Assembly: GCA_965223855.1 (NCBI GenBank)
Contig: CBDCXM010000009.1
Span: forward strand, 896,001 to 960,000
Origin: Candidatus Multivoradales bacterium
Lineage (GTDB): Bacteria; Acidobacteriota; Thermoanaerobaculia; Multivoradales; JAHEKO01
DNA: 64,000 nucleotides
Direction of reading: 5' to 3'
Each line of letters opens with the position of its first letter. Positions within the stretch are counted from its first letter, which is position 1. The notes below the pieces were generated by a model that saw only the letters and a list, made by a program, of their open reading frames with translations, searched no databases and was not told the DNA's origin. The translations under genes and the position numbers were made by a program. Of the stretch, positions 25,823 through 36,423 are shown in pieces.

Positions 25823-27298
25823 ATGAGACGAACGGTGACGATCCTGCTGGGCCTGTGGCTCGCTTCTGCTGCCGGTGCGGCGCCTGCCGAATCGACCCGG
25901 CGCGAGGGCCCCGAACCTGTCCGGATCCTGCGTGAGCGCGCCAACCTTCCGGCTGCCGTGATCGAGTCGGGCTCGGGCACCTTCCCCTCGCCGGAGCTGC
26001 TGTTCTCGATGGTGGGCGCCGACAACGCGCCCACCGTGCGCGCTCTTCCCGACGTCACCGGCGACGGTGTCGCCGAGGTGCTGGTGGGGATCGACGAGTC
26101 GGGCACCGACAACCTGTTCTGCCTCGACGGGACGTCCGCCGGAGCCTCGCCAACGGTCGTCTGGAGCCTCGAAACGATGGACGGCGTCTCCGGCGGGTCG
26201 CCCTGGAGCGAGGAGTCGCTCTCCGTCGGCTCCGACCAGGACGACGACGGCTCGCCGAATCTCTACTTCGGCACCGCCTGGGGCGGTCGCACCGCCTACT
26301 CGATCAACGGTGACGACGGCGAGATCGTCTGGCGCTTCGACACCTACGACAGCCCCGACTCCGGCTGGATCTATTCGCTGGCGGAGATCGGGGACGTGAC
26401 CGGCGACGGAGTACCGGAGACCGCTTTCGCCAGCGGCTCCGACAGCGACCGGCTCTACCTGGTCGACGGGGCCAGCAGCGGTGAGCCGGCGACGATCGTC
26501 TGGACCTATCTCGCGGCTGACGCGGTCGGCTCGGTGCGCAATCTCGGCGACGCCGACGACGACGGGTTCGACGACGTCGTCGCGGCGGTGTGGGACAACG
26601 GCGATCTGGTGGTCGCGCTGAGCGGCGCGACCACGGCGCCCGGAGGCGACGTGCTTTGGACCCGCCCGATCGGACTGACCCCGCAGTCGCTCGGCGTGAT
26701 CCCCGATCTCGACGGCGACGGCGTCGACGAGGTGCTGGCCGCGGTGTGGGCGACCGACGGCAGCTCGGTGCGCTGTCTCGACGGCGAGAGCGGCAACGAA
26801 GTGTGGCGTACGACCACCGTCGGTGGGCCCGGGATGGCGGTCGATCTCCTCGACGACATCACGGGCGACGGTGTCCCCGAGGTGATCGTCTCGTCGTGGG
26901 ACAACGCGGTCACCGTCGTCGACGGCAGCGACGGCAGCCAGGTGTGGAAGACCTTCGTCGGCACGACCAACGGCGGCGACGTGTGGACGGCGCGCGCGAT
27001 CGGCGACCTCGACGGCGACGGGCAGGAGGACGTCGTCGCCGGTTCGTTCGATTACCACGTCTACGCGATGAGCGGCGACGACGGCGACATCCTGTGGGCC
27101 TACTTCACCGCGAACCGAGTCTTCAGCGTGCACCCGATCGACGACCTCGACGGCGACGGCGCTCCCGACGTCGTCGCCGGGACCCAGGACACCCAGAACA
27201 ACGTCGTGCTCCACGTCCTGAGCGGCGGCGCCGGGCCGATCTTCGTCGACGGGTTCGAGTCGGGCGACACGAGCGCCTGGCCTTCGACCGTGCCCTGA
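25823..27298 (+). CDS. Secreted FG-GAP/PQQ-like repeat beta-propeller protein (Ca-binding DxDGDG loops)
   Basis: Repeated D(V/L)(T/D)GDG.P(E/D)V motifs; signal peptide; C-terminal IFVDGFESGDTSAW. Confidence 0.85.
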   Translation: MRRTVTILLGLWLASAAGAAPAESTRREGPEPVRILRERANLPAAVIESGSGTFPSPELLFSMVGADNAPTVRALPDVTGDGVAEVLVGIDESGTDNLFCLDGTSAGASPTVVWSLETMDGVSGGSPWSEESLSVGSDQDDDGSPNLYFGTAWGGRTAYSINGDDGEIVWRFDTYDSPDSGWIYSLAEIGDVTGDGVPETAFASGSDSDRLYLVDGASSGEPATIVWTYLAADAVGSVRNLGDADDDGFDDVVAAVWDNGDLVVALSGATTAPGGDVLWTRPIGLTPQSLGVIPDLDGDGVDEVLAAVWATDGSSVRCLDGESGNEVWRTTTVGGPGMAVDLLDDITGDGVPEVIVSSWDNAVTVVDGSDGSQVWKTFVGTTNGGDVWTARAIGDLDGDGQEDVVAGSFDYHVYAMSGDDGDILWAYFTANRVFSVHPIDDLDGDGAPDVVAGTQDTQNNVVLHVLSGGAGPIFVDGFESGDTSAWPSTVP

Positions 27299-27325
27299 GG
27301 GCCGGCCGTTCCCGAGAGGAACGGG

Positions 27326-28684
27326 CTAGCGCGGCGGCAGCCAGCAGGTGACGACCGTGCCGAGCTCGCCGTTGGCCTGCAGGCTGATCTTGCCGCCGTG
27401 GGCCTCGAGGATCTCGCGGCACAGCGGCAACCCGAGACCGGTGCCGGTCTTCTTGGTCGAGTAGAAGGGCAGCAGGGCCTTCTGTATCGTCTCCTCGTCC
27501 ATCCCGAGACCCCGATCGAGAACCTGCAGGTAGGTGCCCTCCGGGGTCGCCTCCACCCGCAGCTCGACGGGAGCGGCACCGAGGCCCGCCTCGATCGCGT
27601 TCTTGACGAGGTTCTGGATCGCCTGCCGCATCTGCGAGGGGTCGAAGTAGCCCGGCTCGCGAGGCACGTCTCCCACCAGCACGACCCGCGGCGGGTCCTC
27701 GAACTCGCCGAGGAAATCGGCCCACTCGACCTCCTCCCGTCGCGGCGCCGGCAGGCGGGCGAAACGGGCGTACCCCTCGATGAAGCGACGCAGGTGGCGC
27801 AGCCGCTCTTCGATCGACTGGAACACCTCGGTCATCCGATCCGCATGCTCCGGGGCGCGACTGATCTTCTGTGCGGAATGCACGAGCGACGACACCGGCG
27901 CCAGTGAGTTGTTGAGCTCGTGCGAGATCACCCGAATGACGCGCTTCCAGGTCTCCGCCTCCTGCCGCCCGAGCTCACCGGTGAGGCGGCGCAGCAGCAC
28001 GAGAGTGTGCGGTCGCCGGTTGAGCTGAAAGCTGCGCTGGGAGAGGTGATAGGTCTCGCTTTGAAGGTCGCCGGGCACGGTGAAGATACCGTCGGTGCGG
28101 CTGGCGAGCACCTCCTGCATCTCGGGCGGGCAGCCGGCGCGCAGCTCGGTGAAGCTGCGCCCCTCGAGCTTGTCGCCGCCGGTCAGCAGGCGCCGCGCCT
28201 CGCGATTCGAGTAGAGGATCCGGTCGAGCGGGTTGATCAGCAGGATCGCCGCCGGCGAGCTGTCGAGCGCCGACTGCAACAGCAGCTCGCGCTGGCGCAC
28301 TCCGTGGCGCTCGTCGTGGAGGACGGTGCGGACCTCGTTGTAGTAGCGCACCAGATCGCCGAGCTCGTCGTCGCGCCGGTAGGCGAGCGACATGCTGAAG
28401 TCGCGGTCGCGGAAGCTGCGAATGCCGTCGGAAACGCCGCGCACCACCCGGTCGAGCGGCTCGAGCACCCGGCCGACGAACCAGGCCGCCAGCGGCAGGC
28501 CGACCAGCAGGATGCCGAGGAAGAGCGCCAGCGGCGAGACGATGTCGAAGCTCGAGCCCCAGGCTGCGAGTGCCGCCAGCAGCGTGAGGAGGACGAACAA
28601 CCCGGCGGTGATGCGGCCGGCGAGCGAGAAACGCCGCCGCAGCGGCGCCTCGGTCGATTCCCCTCGGTGCTCGGGCTCGCTCAT
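27326..28684 (-). CDS. Sensor histidine kinase (HAMP-PAS-HisKA-HATPase, NtrY-like)
   Basis: H-box 'ISHELNNSLAP', N-box 'NLVKNAIEA', 'DRGLG', 'PFYSTKKTGTGLGL'; start ATG 28684. Confidence 0.92.
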   Translation of the reverse strand: MSEPEHRGESTEAPLRRRFSLAGRITAGLFVLLTLLAALAAWGSSFDIVSPLALFLGILLVGLPLAAWFVGRVLEPLDRVVRGVSDGIRSFRDRDFSMSLAYRRDDELGDLVRYYNEVRTVLHDERHGVRQRELLLQSALDSSPAAILLINPLDRILYSNREARRLLTGGDKLEGRSFTELRAGCPPEMQEVLASRTDGIFTVPGDLQSETYHLSQRSFQLNRRPHTLVLLRRLTGELGRQEAETWKRVIRVISHELNNSLAPVSSLVHSAQKISRAPEHADRMTEVFQSIEERLRHLRRFIEGYARFARLPAPRREEVEWADFLGEFEDPPRVVLVGDVPREPGYFDPSQMRQAIQNLVKNAIEAGLGAAPVELRVEATPEGTYLQVLDRGLGMDEETIQKALLPFYSTKKTGTGLGLPLCREILEAHGGKISLQANGELGTVVTCWLPPR

Positions 28685-28734
28685 CGTGGCGATCTTGCCA
28701 GAGCCGGGCCTGCACGCCGGCGTCGAGGCCGCTG

Positions 28735-30147
28735 CTAAGAGTCCTTGAGGCGGCGCTCGAGCTCGATGCCGAGGCGCGCCATCTTGCGGTAGAGCGCCTG
28801 GCGACTGACGCCGAGCTCGTCCGCGGCGTGAGCGACGACGCCGCCGGACCGCTCGAGGGCGGAGAGCACTCGCTGGCGTTCCTCCTCCTGATTCGGGTCG
28901 AGCGTCGGGCCGGTGTGCTCGAGCGGCTCGATCCCGATCCCGAGCCCGAGATCGGCCGGCTCGAGCTGGGTGCCGCCGACCAGCAGGCCGCGCTGCACCC
29001 GGTTCTCGAGCTCGCGGACGTTGCCCGGCCAGTCGTGCTCGGTGAGGGCACGGGCGGCGGCGGCCGACAGGGCGACCTCCCCGGCGGCGTCTCCTTCGGT
29101 GGCGAAGCCGGAGAGAAAGTGGCGCGCGAGTGGCAGGATGTCGTCGCGCCGGGCGGCGAGCGGGGGGATCGCCAGTTCGACGACGTTGAGGCGGAAGTAG
29201 AGGTCCTCGCGGAACTCGCCGCGCTCGACCGCTCCCTCGAGGTCGGCGTTCGAGGCCGACAGCACCCGCACGTCCACGGCATGGGTGTCGCTGCTGCCGA
29301 GACGTTGGAACTCGCCACTCTGCAGCACCCGCAGCAGCTTGACCTGCCCCGCCAGCGACAGGGCGTCGATCTCGTCGAGGAAGAGAGTGCCACGGTGGGC
29401 GCTCTCGAAGTGGCCGATCCGTCGGCGGTTGAGCCCCGTGTAGGCGCCGGCCTCGGCGCCGAAGAGCTCGCTCTCCATCAGCTCCTCGGGGATCGCGCCG
29501 ACGTTCACCCTGACGAACGGCCGGTCGCGGCGCTCGGAGTTGGCCTGGAGCAGCTCGGCGATCTTCTCCTTGCCGCAACCGCTCGGGCCGGTGACGAGCA
29601 CCGGTGCGCGCGAGTCGGCGACGTGGAGCGCCAGCGCGACGACGTCCTGCATCGCGCGGCTGGCGTAGACGAGATCGCCCAGGTCGTAGCGCTCGGCGAG
29701 TTCCTCGCGAGACTGCCGCACCGCGCGACGGAGCTGCTCGTTCTCGAGCTCCAGCCGCCGCAGCCGCACCAGGTTGCGCACCGCGGCGACCAGCTTCTCG
29801 TCGTTCCACGGCTTCTCGATGTAGTCGGACGCTCCTTCGCGCACCAGCTCGACGGCGGTCTCGAGCGAGGCCCAGGCGGTCATCAGCAGCACCGGCAGGC
29901 CCGGCTGCAGCTCCTTGAGCTCGCGGAAGAGCCGGATGCCCGCCTCGCCGTCGGTCTCGCTGCGAGCGAAGTTCATGTCCTGAATCGCCGCGCCGAGAGT
30001 TTCCGAGCGGGCCAGGTCGCACGCCTCCTCCGGCGTGGAGGCGGCGACGTGAGCAATCCCCTCGAGATCGAGAAGAACCTGGAGCGCTTTGAGAATCGCC
30101 GGTTGGTCGTCGATCAGCAGGACGCGAAGCGGAAGTTCGGCGACCAT
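28735..30147 (-). CDS. Sigma54-dependent response regulator (NtrC family bEBP)
   Basis: REC 'DMNF'; Walker A GPSGCGKE; 'ESELFG..GAYTG'; 'WPGNVRELEN'; Fis HTH 'AADELGVSRQALYRKM'. Confidence 0.95.
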   Translation of the reverse strand: MVAELPLRVLLIDDQPAILKALQVLLDLEGIAHVAASTPEEACDLARSETLGAAIQDMNFARSETDGEAGIRLFRELKELQPGLPVLLMTAWASLETAVELVREGASDYIEKPWNDEKLVAAVRNLVRLRRLELENEQLRRAVRQSREELAERYDLGDLVYASRAMQDVVALALHVADSRAPVLVTGPSGCGKEKIAELLQANSERRDRPFVRVNVGAIPEELMESELFGAEAGAYTGLNRRRIGHFESAHRGTLFLDEIDALSLAGQVKLLRVLQSGEFQRLGSSDTHAVDVRVLSASNADLEGAVERGEFREDLYFRLNVVELAIPPLAARRDDILPLARHFLSGFATEGDAAGEVALSAAAARALTEHDWPGNVRELENRVQRGLLVGGTQLEPADLGLGIGIEPLEHTGPTLDPNQEEERQRVLSALERSGGVVAHAADELGVSRQALYRKMARLGIELERRLKDS

Positions 30148-30212
30148 GGCGCGATTGTACGGTTGCGGTGCCCGGTGCGTCGGCCGTCACGGCGGCCGGC
30201 GACACCGTCCGG

Positions 30213-31433
30213 TCACACCGTCCGCGTAGCGACCTCCGGTGCCACCCGGGTCGCTCGCAGCGCCGGTACCAGGGCGGCGAAGATCCCCGTGACCCACAGC
30301 AGCGCCCCGCCGGCCACGAGCAGTACCCAGTCGAGCTTCGGCGCGGCGGCCAACTTGGTCAGCATGAAGGAAAGTCCGATCGCCAGCGCCGTGCCGAGGA
30401 CGAGGCCGATGCCGGTGATGATCCAGTTCTCGACCAGAAAGTAGCGGATGACGTCGCCCTTGGTCGCCCCGAGGGCGCGACGCGTGCCGATCTCGCGGGT
30501 GCGCTGGGTGACCGAGAAGGCGGTCAGACCGACGATGCCGAGCGAGGTGATCAGGAGCAGCAGGACGCTGAGGGCGCCGAGCATCTTCATCAGCGAAGTC
30601 TCGTTGCTGTACGTGCTGGCGCGGAAGTCGGCCATGGTGTCGAGGTTGATCACCCGGTCGGGGTGGATCGAGAGCATCAACTCCTCGAGTCCGGCGGACA
30701 CGCTGTCGACGGCACCTTCTTCGGTGCGCACCATGTAGGTCATGCGACGCGCGTTGCCGACCTCCGCGGGGAAGAAGGCGACCCTGTACTTGCCTTCCTG
30801 CCAGCCGGGCCAGGAGTTGTGCATGTCGCTGACGACGCCGATGATGGTGTTCGACAGCTCGCCGGTCGAGTTCTCGATCAGCGAGCCGAGGGCGCCGCCG
30901 TCCGGGAAGAGGGCGTCGGCCAGCGTGCGGGTGACCAGGACGTTGCGGTGCGGGATATCGCCGTTCTCGAGCTCGACGAGATCGAAATCGGCAGCCTCGA
31001 ACCCCCGGCCCTCGAGCAGCTCGAGACCGAGGGACTCGACGACCTTGTCGCTGGCGCGGTAGTAGGGGGTGTTGACTTCGAGATCGACGCCGACCGGCTT
31101 GCGGGTCGTGGCGCTGCCACCGGAGCTGATCGGCACGGCGCTGGTCGCCATGGCGTTGTGCACCCCGGGGAAACTCCGCAGGCGGCGCAGATCCTCCTTC
31201 TCGAGGTCGGCGATGAAGTCGTCGTCTTCGAACTCGGGACCGAACGGTTCGGCGCGGATGACGACGATGTTGGGCTCGTCGATTCCCGACGGCTCGTTGT
31301 AGCGCGCGCGCAGGTCGAGCACGACGTTGATGCAGTTGACGACGATCGCCAGTGTCAGCGCCACCTCGACGGTGATCAGCCAGAACCGGGTCTTGTTGTG
31401 GAACAGGGCGCGAAGGACGGGGCCGAAGTGCAT
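30213..31433 (-). CDS. ABC transporter permease (MacB/FtsX family)
   Basis: 'VTQRTREIGTRRALGA', 'PALRATRVAP'. Confidence 0.92.
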   Translation of the reverse strand: MHFGPVLRALFHNKTRFWLITVEVALTLAIVVNCINVVLDLRARYNEPSGIDEPNIVVIRAEPFGPEFEDDDFIADLEKEDLRRLRSFPGVHNAMATSAVPISSGGSATTRKPVGVDLEVNTPYYRASDKVVESLGLELLEGRGFEAADFDLVELENGDIPHRNVLVTRTLADALFPDGGALGSLIENSTGELSNTIIGVVSDMHNSWPGWQEGKYRVAFFPAEVGNARRMTYMVRTEEGAVDSVSAGLEELMLSIHPDRVINLDTMADFRASTYSNETSLMKMLGALSVLLLLITSLGIVGLTAFSVTQRTREIGTRRALGATKGDVIRYFLVENWIITGIGLVLGTALAIGLSFMLTKLAAAPKLDWVLLVAGGALLWVTGIFAALVPALRATRVAPEVATRTV

Positions 31434-31445
31434 CAGGAGCCTCCT

Positions 31446-32759
31446 CTACTGAAGCTTGAGGTGGAGCGCGGGTGGAACCGCGCAGATCCGCCATGCGGGG
31501 TAGATGCCGGCGACGAGGCCGGCGACGAGGGAAAGCAACAGACCGGCGCCGACCATGTTGAGGTCGAGGCTGAAGACGAACTGTTCGCCCAGCAGCCGGT
31601 TGATGATCTTGAGTGCCCCCGCCGACAGGGCGATTCCCAGCACGCCGCCAAGCAGACCTATGAGCTCGCACTCGACGATGTGCTGCAGGAAGACGGAACG
31701 GCGACTGGCACCGAGGGCGCGACGCACCCCGACTTCGGGTGAGCGGGCGAGGAACTTGCCGAGCAGGATGCCGATCAGGTTGACCGAGCAGACGATCAGG
31801 AAAAGCAACGAGATGATCAGCATCAGCTTCGCCTCGTCGGCCACCACCTCCCGCTTCGCGAGCCAGGTCGGCACGTCGGAGAGCTGGTTGTTGGTCGGGC
31901 GCTGAAAGCGACCCGCGGCGCGCTGCGACTCGGTGTAGGCGTCGAGAAAGCTCTGGTAGCGCGCCCGCTGTTCCCGGTCGTCGAGTTGGACCCACATCTG
32001 GAGCCACACCGACTCGGAGCCGAGGAAATCTTCGTAGGCGGTGCCGGGGTAGAACTTCCAGCCGTTGGTGTTCCCCGAGCTGTAGAGCTCCATCTGACGA
32101 TGGAAGTGGAACGGCAGGTAGACCGCCTCGGGCTCCTCGTACGGGTGGTTGTTGACGTCGTAGTACTTGACGATCGGCCGCCACTCGCCGAGCACGCCGA
32201 CGACGCGGAAGTCGCGGTCTTCGATCCGCAGGGTGCGGCCGACGCTGTCGCGGCCGCCGAACAGCCGGTCGTTCGTGTCGCGCGAGAGGACGACCACCTC
32301 TTCCGGGCCGCGATCCGCGCTCGCGTCCCAGGGGCCGCCGTATTCGAACGGCACGTTGAACAGGCGGAAGAAGTCACCCGAGGTCAGTCGGGTCATCGCC
32401 CGGTAGGGCCGCAGCTCCTCGCTCGCCGGGTGAACCGTCAGCTGGGCCTTGAACATCACCGTCTGGTGGGTCGGGATGTCGCTCTCCATCAGCGCGATGG
32501 CGTCGCGGTAGGTCACCTGCTGCGGCGGCTCCTCCGGATGGTCGTCGTCGTAGGGCTCGTTGGGGTCCCAGCTGTCGAGTTGCACGGCGAACAGGCGGTC
32601 GCTCTTCGACGGGATCGGATCGGCCGCCATCAGGTAGTAGGCGGTGACGAACGCTGTCGAGACGGCGATGCCCAGGGCGATGCCGGCGATCAGTACGGTC
32701 GACAGCACCGGGTTGCGTCGCAGGCTCTTCCACGCGATGCGGATCTGGTAGGCGAGCAT
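31446..32759 (-). CDS. ABC transporter permease (MacB/FtsX family)
   Basis: 'AWKSLRRNP', 'EVGVRRALGASR', 'GIYPAWR'. Confidence 0.92.
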   Translation of the reverse strand: MLAYQIRIAWKSLRRNPVLSTVLIAGIALGIAVSTAFVTAYYLMAADPIPSKSDRLFAVQLDSWDPNEPYDDDHPEEPPQQVTYRDAIALMESDIPTHQTVMFKAQLTVHPASEELRPYRAMTRLTSGDFFRLFNVPFEYGGPWDASADRGPEEVVVLSRDTNDRLFGGRDSVGRTLRIEDRDFRVVGVLGEWRPIVKYYDVNNHPYEEPEAVYLPFHFHRQMELYSSGNTNGWKFYPGTAYEDFLGSESVWLQMWVQLDDREQRARYQSFLDAYTESQRAAGRFQRPTNNQLSDVPTWLAKREVVADEAKLMLIISLLFLIVCSVNLIGILLGKFLARSPEVGVRRALGASRRSVFLQHIVECELIGLLGGVLGIALSAGALKIINRLLGEQFVFSLDLNMVGAGLLLSLVAGLVAGIYPAWRICAVPPALHLKLQ

Positions 32760-32769
32760 CCGTTCCTCC

Positions 32770-33504
32770 TCAGGCCTCGGCCGGCGCCGTCGGCTCGGTG
32801 TGCTTCGGGGCGTAGAGCGGCGCCGCCGCCTCCTGGCCGTCGATGTCGATCATCCGGCCGTCGAGCAGATAGATCTGTCGCGACGCCCGGGCGGCGAGTT
32901 CCGGGTCGTGGGTCACGACCACCACGGTCGTTCCCATCTCGTTGATCTTCTCGAGTAGATCCATGATCTCGTTCGCCATCGCCGAGTCGAGGTTGCCGGT
33001 CGGCTCGTCGGCGAGGATCAGAGAGGGTGTTCCGACCAGGGCGCGGGCGACGGCGACTCGCTGCTGCTGGCCGCCCGAGAGCTGCGCCGGGTAGTGGCGC
33101 AGCCGGGAGCTCAGGCCGACGATCTCCAGCGCCTCTTCGATGGCCCCGCGTCGCGCCGCACCGCCCATGCCGCGATAGCGCAGCGGCACGTCGACGTTGT
33201 CGAACACGTTGAGATCCGGGATCAGGTTGAACCCCTGAAAGATGAAGCCGATCCGCTCGTTGCGGATGCGCGACATCTCGGAATCGGAGAGGCGCGAGAC
33301 GTCCTCGTCACCGAGACGGTAGGTTCCCGAGTCGAAGGAGTCGAGGAGGCCGGTGACGTTGAGGAAGGTCGTCTTCCCCGAGCCGGACGGGCCCATCACC
33401 GACAGGAACTCGCCGGTGGCGACGTGAAGAGAGAAGCCGCTCAGGGCGTGGGTCTCCACGTGCTCGGTGCGGTAGACCTTGCTGATGTTGTCCATCTGGA
33501 TCAT
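32770..33504 (-). CDS. ABC transporter ATP-binding protein (MacB/LolD-type)
   Basis: GPSGSGKTT, '[10 protein letters not shown]', LSGGQQQR, '[10 protein letters not shown]', 'VTHD'; start ATG 33504. Confidence 0.95.
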   Translation of the reverse strand: MIQMDNISKVYRTEHVETHALSGFSLHVATGEFLSVMGPSGSGKTTFLNVTGLLDSFDSGTYRLGDEDVSRLSDSEMSRIRNERIGFIFQGFNLIPDLNVFDNVDVPLRYRGMGGAARRGAIEEALEIVGLSSRLRHYPAQLSGGQQQRVAVARALVGTPSLILADEPTGNLDSAMANEIMDLLEKINEMGTTVVVVTHDPELAARASRQIYLLDGRMIDIDGQEAAAPLYAPKHTEPTAPAEA

Positions 33505-33544
33505 GCTGTGACTCCCGTTGGCATCGTGTCTTTTGGGGACGTTC

Positions 33545-34834
33545 TCAGTCGGTGACGAGGACGCGCTCGGCGCCGTCGAAGCGGGTGGTGTCGGAGAGGA
33601 TGATCTGGTCGCCGGGCTCGAGTCCGGCGACGATCTCGACCTCGCCGACCGACAGGCTCCCGACCTCGATCGGGCGCAGGGTCGCGAGACCGTCCTCGAG
33701 GACGTAGGCCTGGCGGCCGCCGCCGCTTTCGAGGAACGGCCCGCGCGGCACCTTGAGGACGTCGGTGCGGCTTTCGAGCAGCAGTCGGGTCGAAACGCGC
33801 TGGTTCTGCTTGAGCGAATCCGGAGACTCGCCGGCGAAGACGACGGTGGTGCGCACCCGGCTCCCCTCGACCTCGGGGGCGATCCCCTTGACGGTGCCGG
33901 GCCAGTCACGGTTGTCGTAGCGGATCACCGCTTCGACCCCCGGGGTGATCTCGTCGGCGTAGATCTCGGGCACCATCACCTCGACCTCGAAGGCCGACAG
34001 GTCGACGACGGTGACGATCGGCTGGCCGCTGGTGACGGTGTCGCGATCGTTGATCGACACGCGCGAGACGAGTCCTTCGACCGGTGAGCGCAGGGTCAGC
34101 TCATCGACCCGCCGCTCGAGGTCGGTGACCAGCAGGCGCTGGCGCTCGACGCGCGAGGCGCGGTCCTGGACCTCGAACTCGAGCGTCTCGCGATCGAAGT
34201 CCGCCTTCTGCCGGGCGAGGTCGAGGCGCAGCGACGTGACCTTGACGTCATCCTGAGCCTCTTCGTACTCGACGGCGTTGAGCAGTCCCTCGGAGCGAAT
34301 GCGCTCGGCGCGGTCGAGGGCGCGCTGGGCCGCCTCGAGCTCGACCTCGAGCACGCCGATGTCCTGCTCCGCCTGTAGAGCGCTCTGGCGGGCCATGATG
34401 CGCTGGCGCTGCCAGTCGGCACGAAGCGACTCGAGGACCGAGCGCTCCTGGGCCAGCAGGCTCTCGACCTCGGGCGACTCGATGCGAGCCAGCACGGTTC
34501 CGGCGCCGACCACGGCGCCCGGCTGAACCTCGACCCGCGCGGTGCCGCGGGCGGGGCTCGTCAGTGTCGGGTTGAACGCGGCCACCACGCTGCCCTGCGC
34601 CGAGACGTCGCGCACCAGGTCGCCGCGAGTCACGGTGCCGATGCGGATGCGCGACATCGGCACCGAGGTCTCGGCCTCGGCCCAGCGCTTGATAGCGGGG
34701 CCGACCGTGAGGAGTGCGAGGACGACAGCGATCGCGATCGCGCCGAGCCACCACAGTCGCCGTGACGACGAAGGGCGCTCGATCGGCCGATCCATGCTGG
34801 CCGAGCCGTGAAGGACGGAACGTTTCTCGCTCAT
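33545..34834 (-). CDS. Efflux periplasmic adaptor (MacA/HlyD-like MFP)
   Basis: N-terminal TM, lipoyl halves, coiled-coil hairpin, '[17 protein letters not shown]'; alternative start at MDRPIE. Confidence 0.9.
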   Translation of the reverse strand: MSEKRSVLHGSASMDRPIERPSSSRRLWWLGAIAIAVVLALLTVGPAIKRWAEAETSVPMSRIRIGTVTRGDLVRDVSAQGSVVAAFNPTLTSPARGTARVEVQPGAVVGAGTVLARIESPEVESLLAQERSVLESLRADWQRQRIMARQSALQAEQDIGVLEVELEAAQRALDRAERIRSEGLLNAVEYEEAQDDVKVTSLRLDLARQKADFDRETLEFEVQDRASRVERQRLLVTDLERRVDELTLRSPVEGLVSRVSINDRDTVTSGQPIVTVVDLSAFEVEVMVPEIYADEITPGVEAVIRYDNRDWPGTVKGIAPEVEGSRVRTTVVFAGESPDSLKQNQRVSTRLLLESRTDVLKVPRGPFLESGGGRQAYVLEDGLATLRPIEVGSLSVGEVEIVAGLEPGDQIILSDTTRFDGAERVLVTD

Positions 34835-34847
34835 CGGACTCTCTCCT

Positions 34848-34863
34848 TACAAGGCCTGTGCCA
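34848..34863 (-). promoter_or_regulatory. Sigma54 -24/-12 promoter
   Basis: Minus strand reads TGGCAC-AGGCC-TTGTA (consensus TGGCAC-N5-TTGCW, one mismatch); a bEBP gene lies in the same locus. Confidence 0.7.
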
Positions 34864-34941
34864 GCGGCGGCAGGCTTCTCTAAGTGGCTTCCTTCCAGAC
34901 ACTTGGAAGATCTTGCGTGGCGGAGAGGCCGTCTGCGGGTT

Positions 34942-34975
34942 GACACCTGTCCGGCCCGACGCGGACACCTGTCCG
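34942..34975. promoter_or_regulatory. Putative enhancer (UAS) for the sigma54 activator
   Basis: GACACCTGTCCG twice, 22 bp apart; forms the TGTCCG-N8-CGGACA inverted repeat; about 80-110 bp upstream of the -24 box. Confidence 0.65.
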
Positions 34976-35082
34976 CCCTCCGGTGCCCGTCGGTCGCCGG
35001 CACTCGCGCCCATCGACTCACGTAGCTTCGCCGGCGGGATCGCCCCCTGAGCGGCTTGAGAGGTTCAGGCTAGACTGACTTC

Positions 35083-36423
35083 ATGGAGACGTTCGCCGTC
35101 GGCGACCTGGTGCATCTGCCGGCGCGCGCGGCCGTGCGGCGCTACTTCGCCGGGCTCAACGAGACCGTGTTGAGGCGGCTGCTGGTGGTCGCGGTGCCGA
35201 TGAGCCTCCTGACTCCGCTCGTGCGTTGGGTGGGCTCCGATCGCATCGGCGCGGCGCTGTGGCTGCCGGCGGCGCTCCTCTCGCTCACGCTGGCGGCGAT
35301 GGGACGCAACGACTGGTTCCGTCGCCGTCGTGCCATCTGGACTCCTGCGTTCCTCGTCTGCCTCGTGATCTCTGCGGCGATCGGCTTCCCCGAGGAGGTC
35401 GCCTCGACGGTGATCGCCGGCTTCGTGATCCCGGCCGTCCTGCCGCTGTTCCGTCTCTCTGCGCGCTCGCTGACGCTGGTGGCGGTGGTCAACGCGCTGG
35501 CGACCGGCGCCGCGCTGTGGCGCTCGACCACGGTGGACGTCGGGTCACGGTTGGGGGTCGGGATCGCGGCGCTTGTCTTTCAGCTCGCCGTCGTCGCCTT
35601 CACCTGGAGCCGTACCCGCAAGACCCGCGACGGCTTCCTGGCGCAATGGCGCCTCGAGGTGGCTCGCGAGAAGGACCGCGCCCGCATGCTGACCGAGCTC
35701 GAGGATGCGCGCGAGATCCAGCTCAGCATGCTCCCGCTGGCGCCGCCGGCACTGCCCTGGCTCGACATCTCGAGCGTGTCGCTGCCGGCCTCCGAGGTCG
35801 GAGGCGACTACTTCGACTTCTTTCAACTCCCCGGTTCGCGACTCGCCGTGGTGATCGGCGACGTCGCCGGACACGGCGTGGCGAGCGGGCTGGTGCTGTC
35901 GGGAGTCCGCAGCGGACTTCATCTGCTGGACGACCGCCTGGAGGATCCGGTCGGGGTGCTCGAACGCCTCGACCGGATGCTCCGAGCGACGGTCGGCGGG
36001 CGCATCTTCATGACTTTCCAGATCGCCGTTCTCGACCCGATCGAGAGGAGCGTCCGGGTCGCCAACGCCGGCCATCCGCCGCTGCTCAAAGTTGCCCGCA
36101 ACGGCAGTCTGACGCGCCTCGGCGAGCCGGGCCTGCCGCTGGGCACCCGCCTGTCGGGGGAATACTCGATCGCCGAGGCCCCGCTAGTCGAGGGCGACGT
36201 CCTGGTGCAGATCAGCGACGGCGTCATCGAGGTCCGCAATCATCGCGACGATGTCTTCGGGGACCAGAGGCTCGAGGCCGTGTTGCGCGGTTCGGCCGAG
36301 CTGAGTTCGAGGCGACTGCGCGACAACCTGCTGAGCAACCTGTCGCGCTTCAAGGGCGACGCCGAGCAGGAGGACGACCTCACTGTCGTCCTGACGAGGG
36401 TCGGCGACCTCTCGTCCGGCTAG
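35083..36423 (+). CDS. Membrane-bound PP2C/SpoIIE (RsbU-like) phosphatase
   Basis: 'AREIQLSMLP', 'EVGGDYFD', 'IGDVAGHG', 'NAGHPP', 'SDGVIE', 'EDDLTVV'. Confidence 0.92.
   Translation: METFAVGDLVHLPARAAVRRYFAGLNETVLRRLLVVAVPMSLLTPLVRWVGSDRIGAALWLPAALLSLTLAAMGRNDWFRRRRAIWTPAFLVCLVISAAIGFPEEVASTVIAGFVIPAVLPLFRLSARSLTLVAVVNALATGAALWRSTTVDVGSRLGVGIAALVFQLAVVAFTWSRTRKTRDGFLAQWRLEVAREKDRARMLTELEDAREIQLSMLPLAPPALPWLDISSVSLPASEVGGDYFDFFQLPGSRLAVVIGDVAGHGVASGLVLSGVRSGLHLLDDRLEDPVGVLERLDRMLRATVGGRIFMTFQIAVLDPIERSVRVANAGHPPLLKVARNGSLTRLGEPGLPLGTRLSGEYSIAEAPLVEGDVLVQISDGVIEVRNHRDDVFGDQRLEAVLRGSAELSSRRLRDNLLSNLSRFKGDAEQEDDLTVVLTRVGDLSSG

Noticed and set aside
26050-27180. Recurring GACGGCGACGG DNA repeats
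   Set aside because: Explained by protein-level FG-GAP DxDGDG repeats
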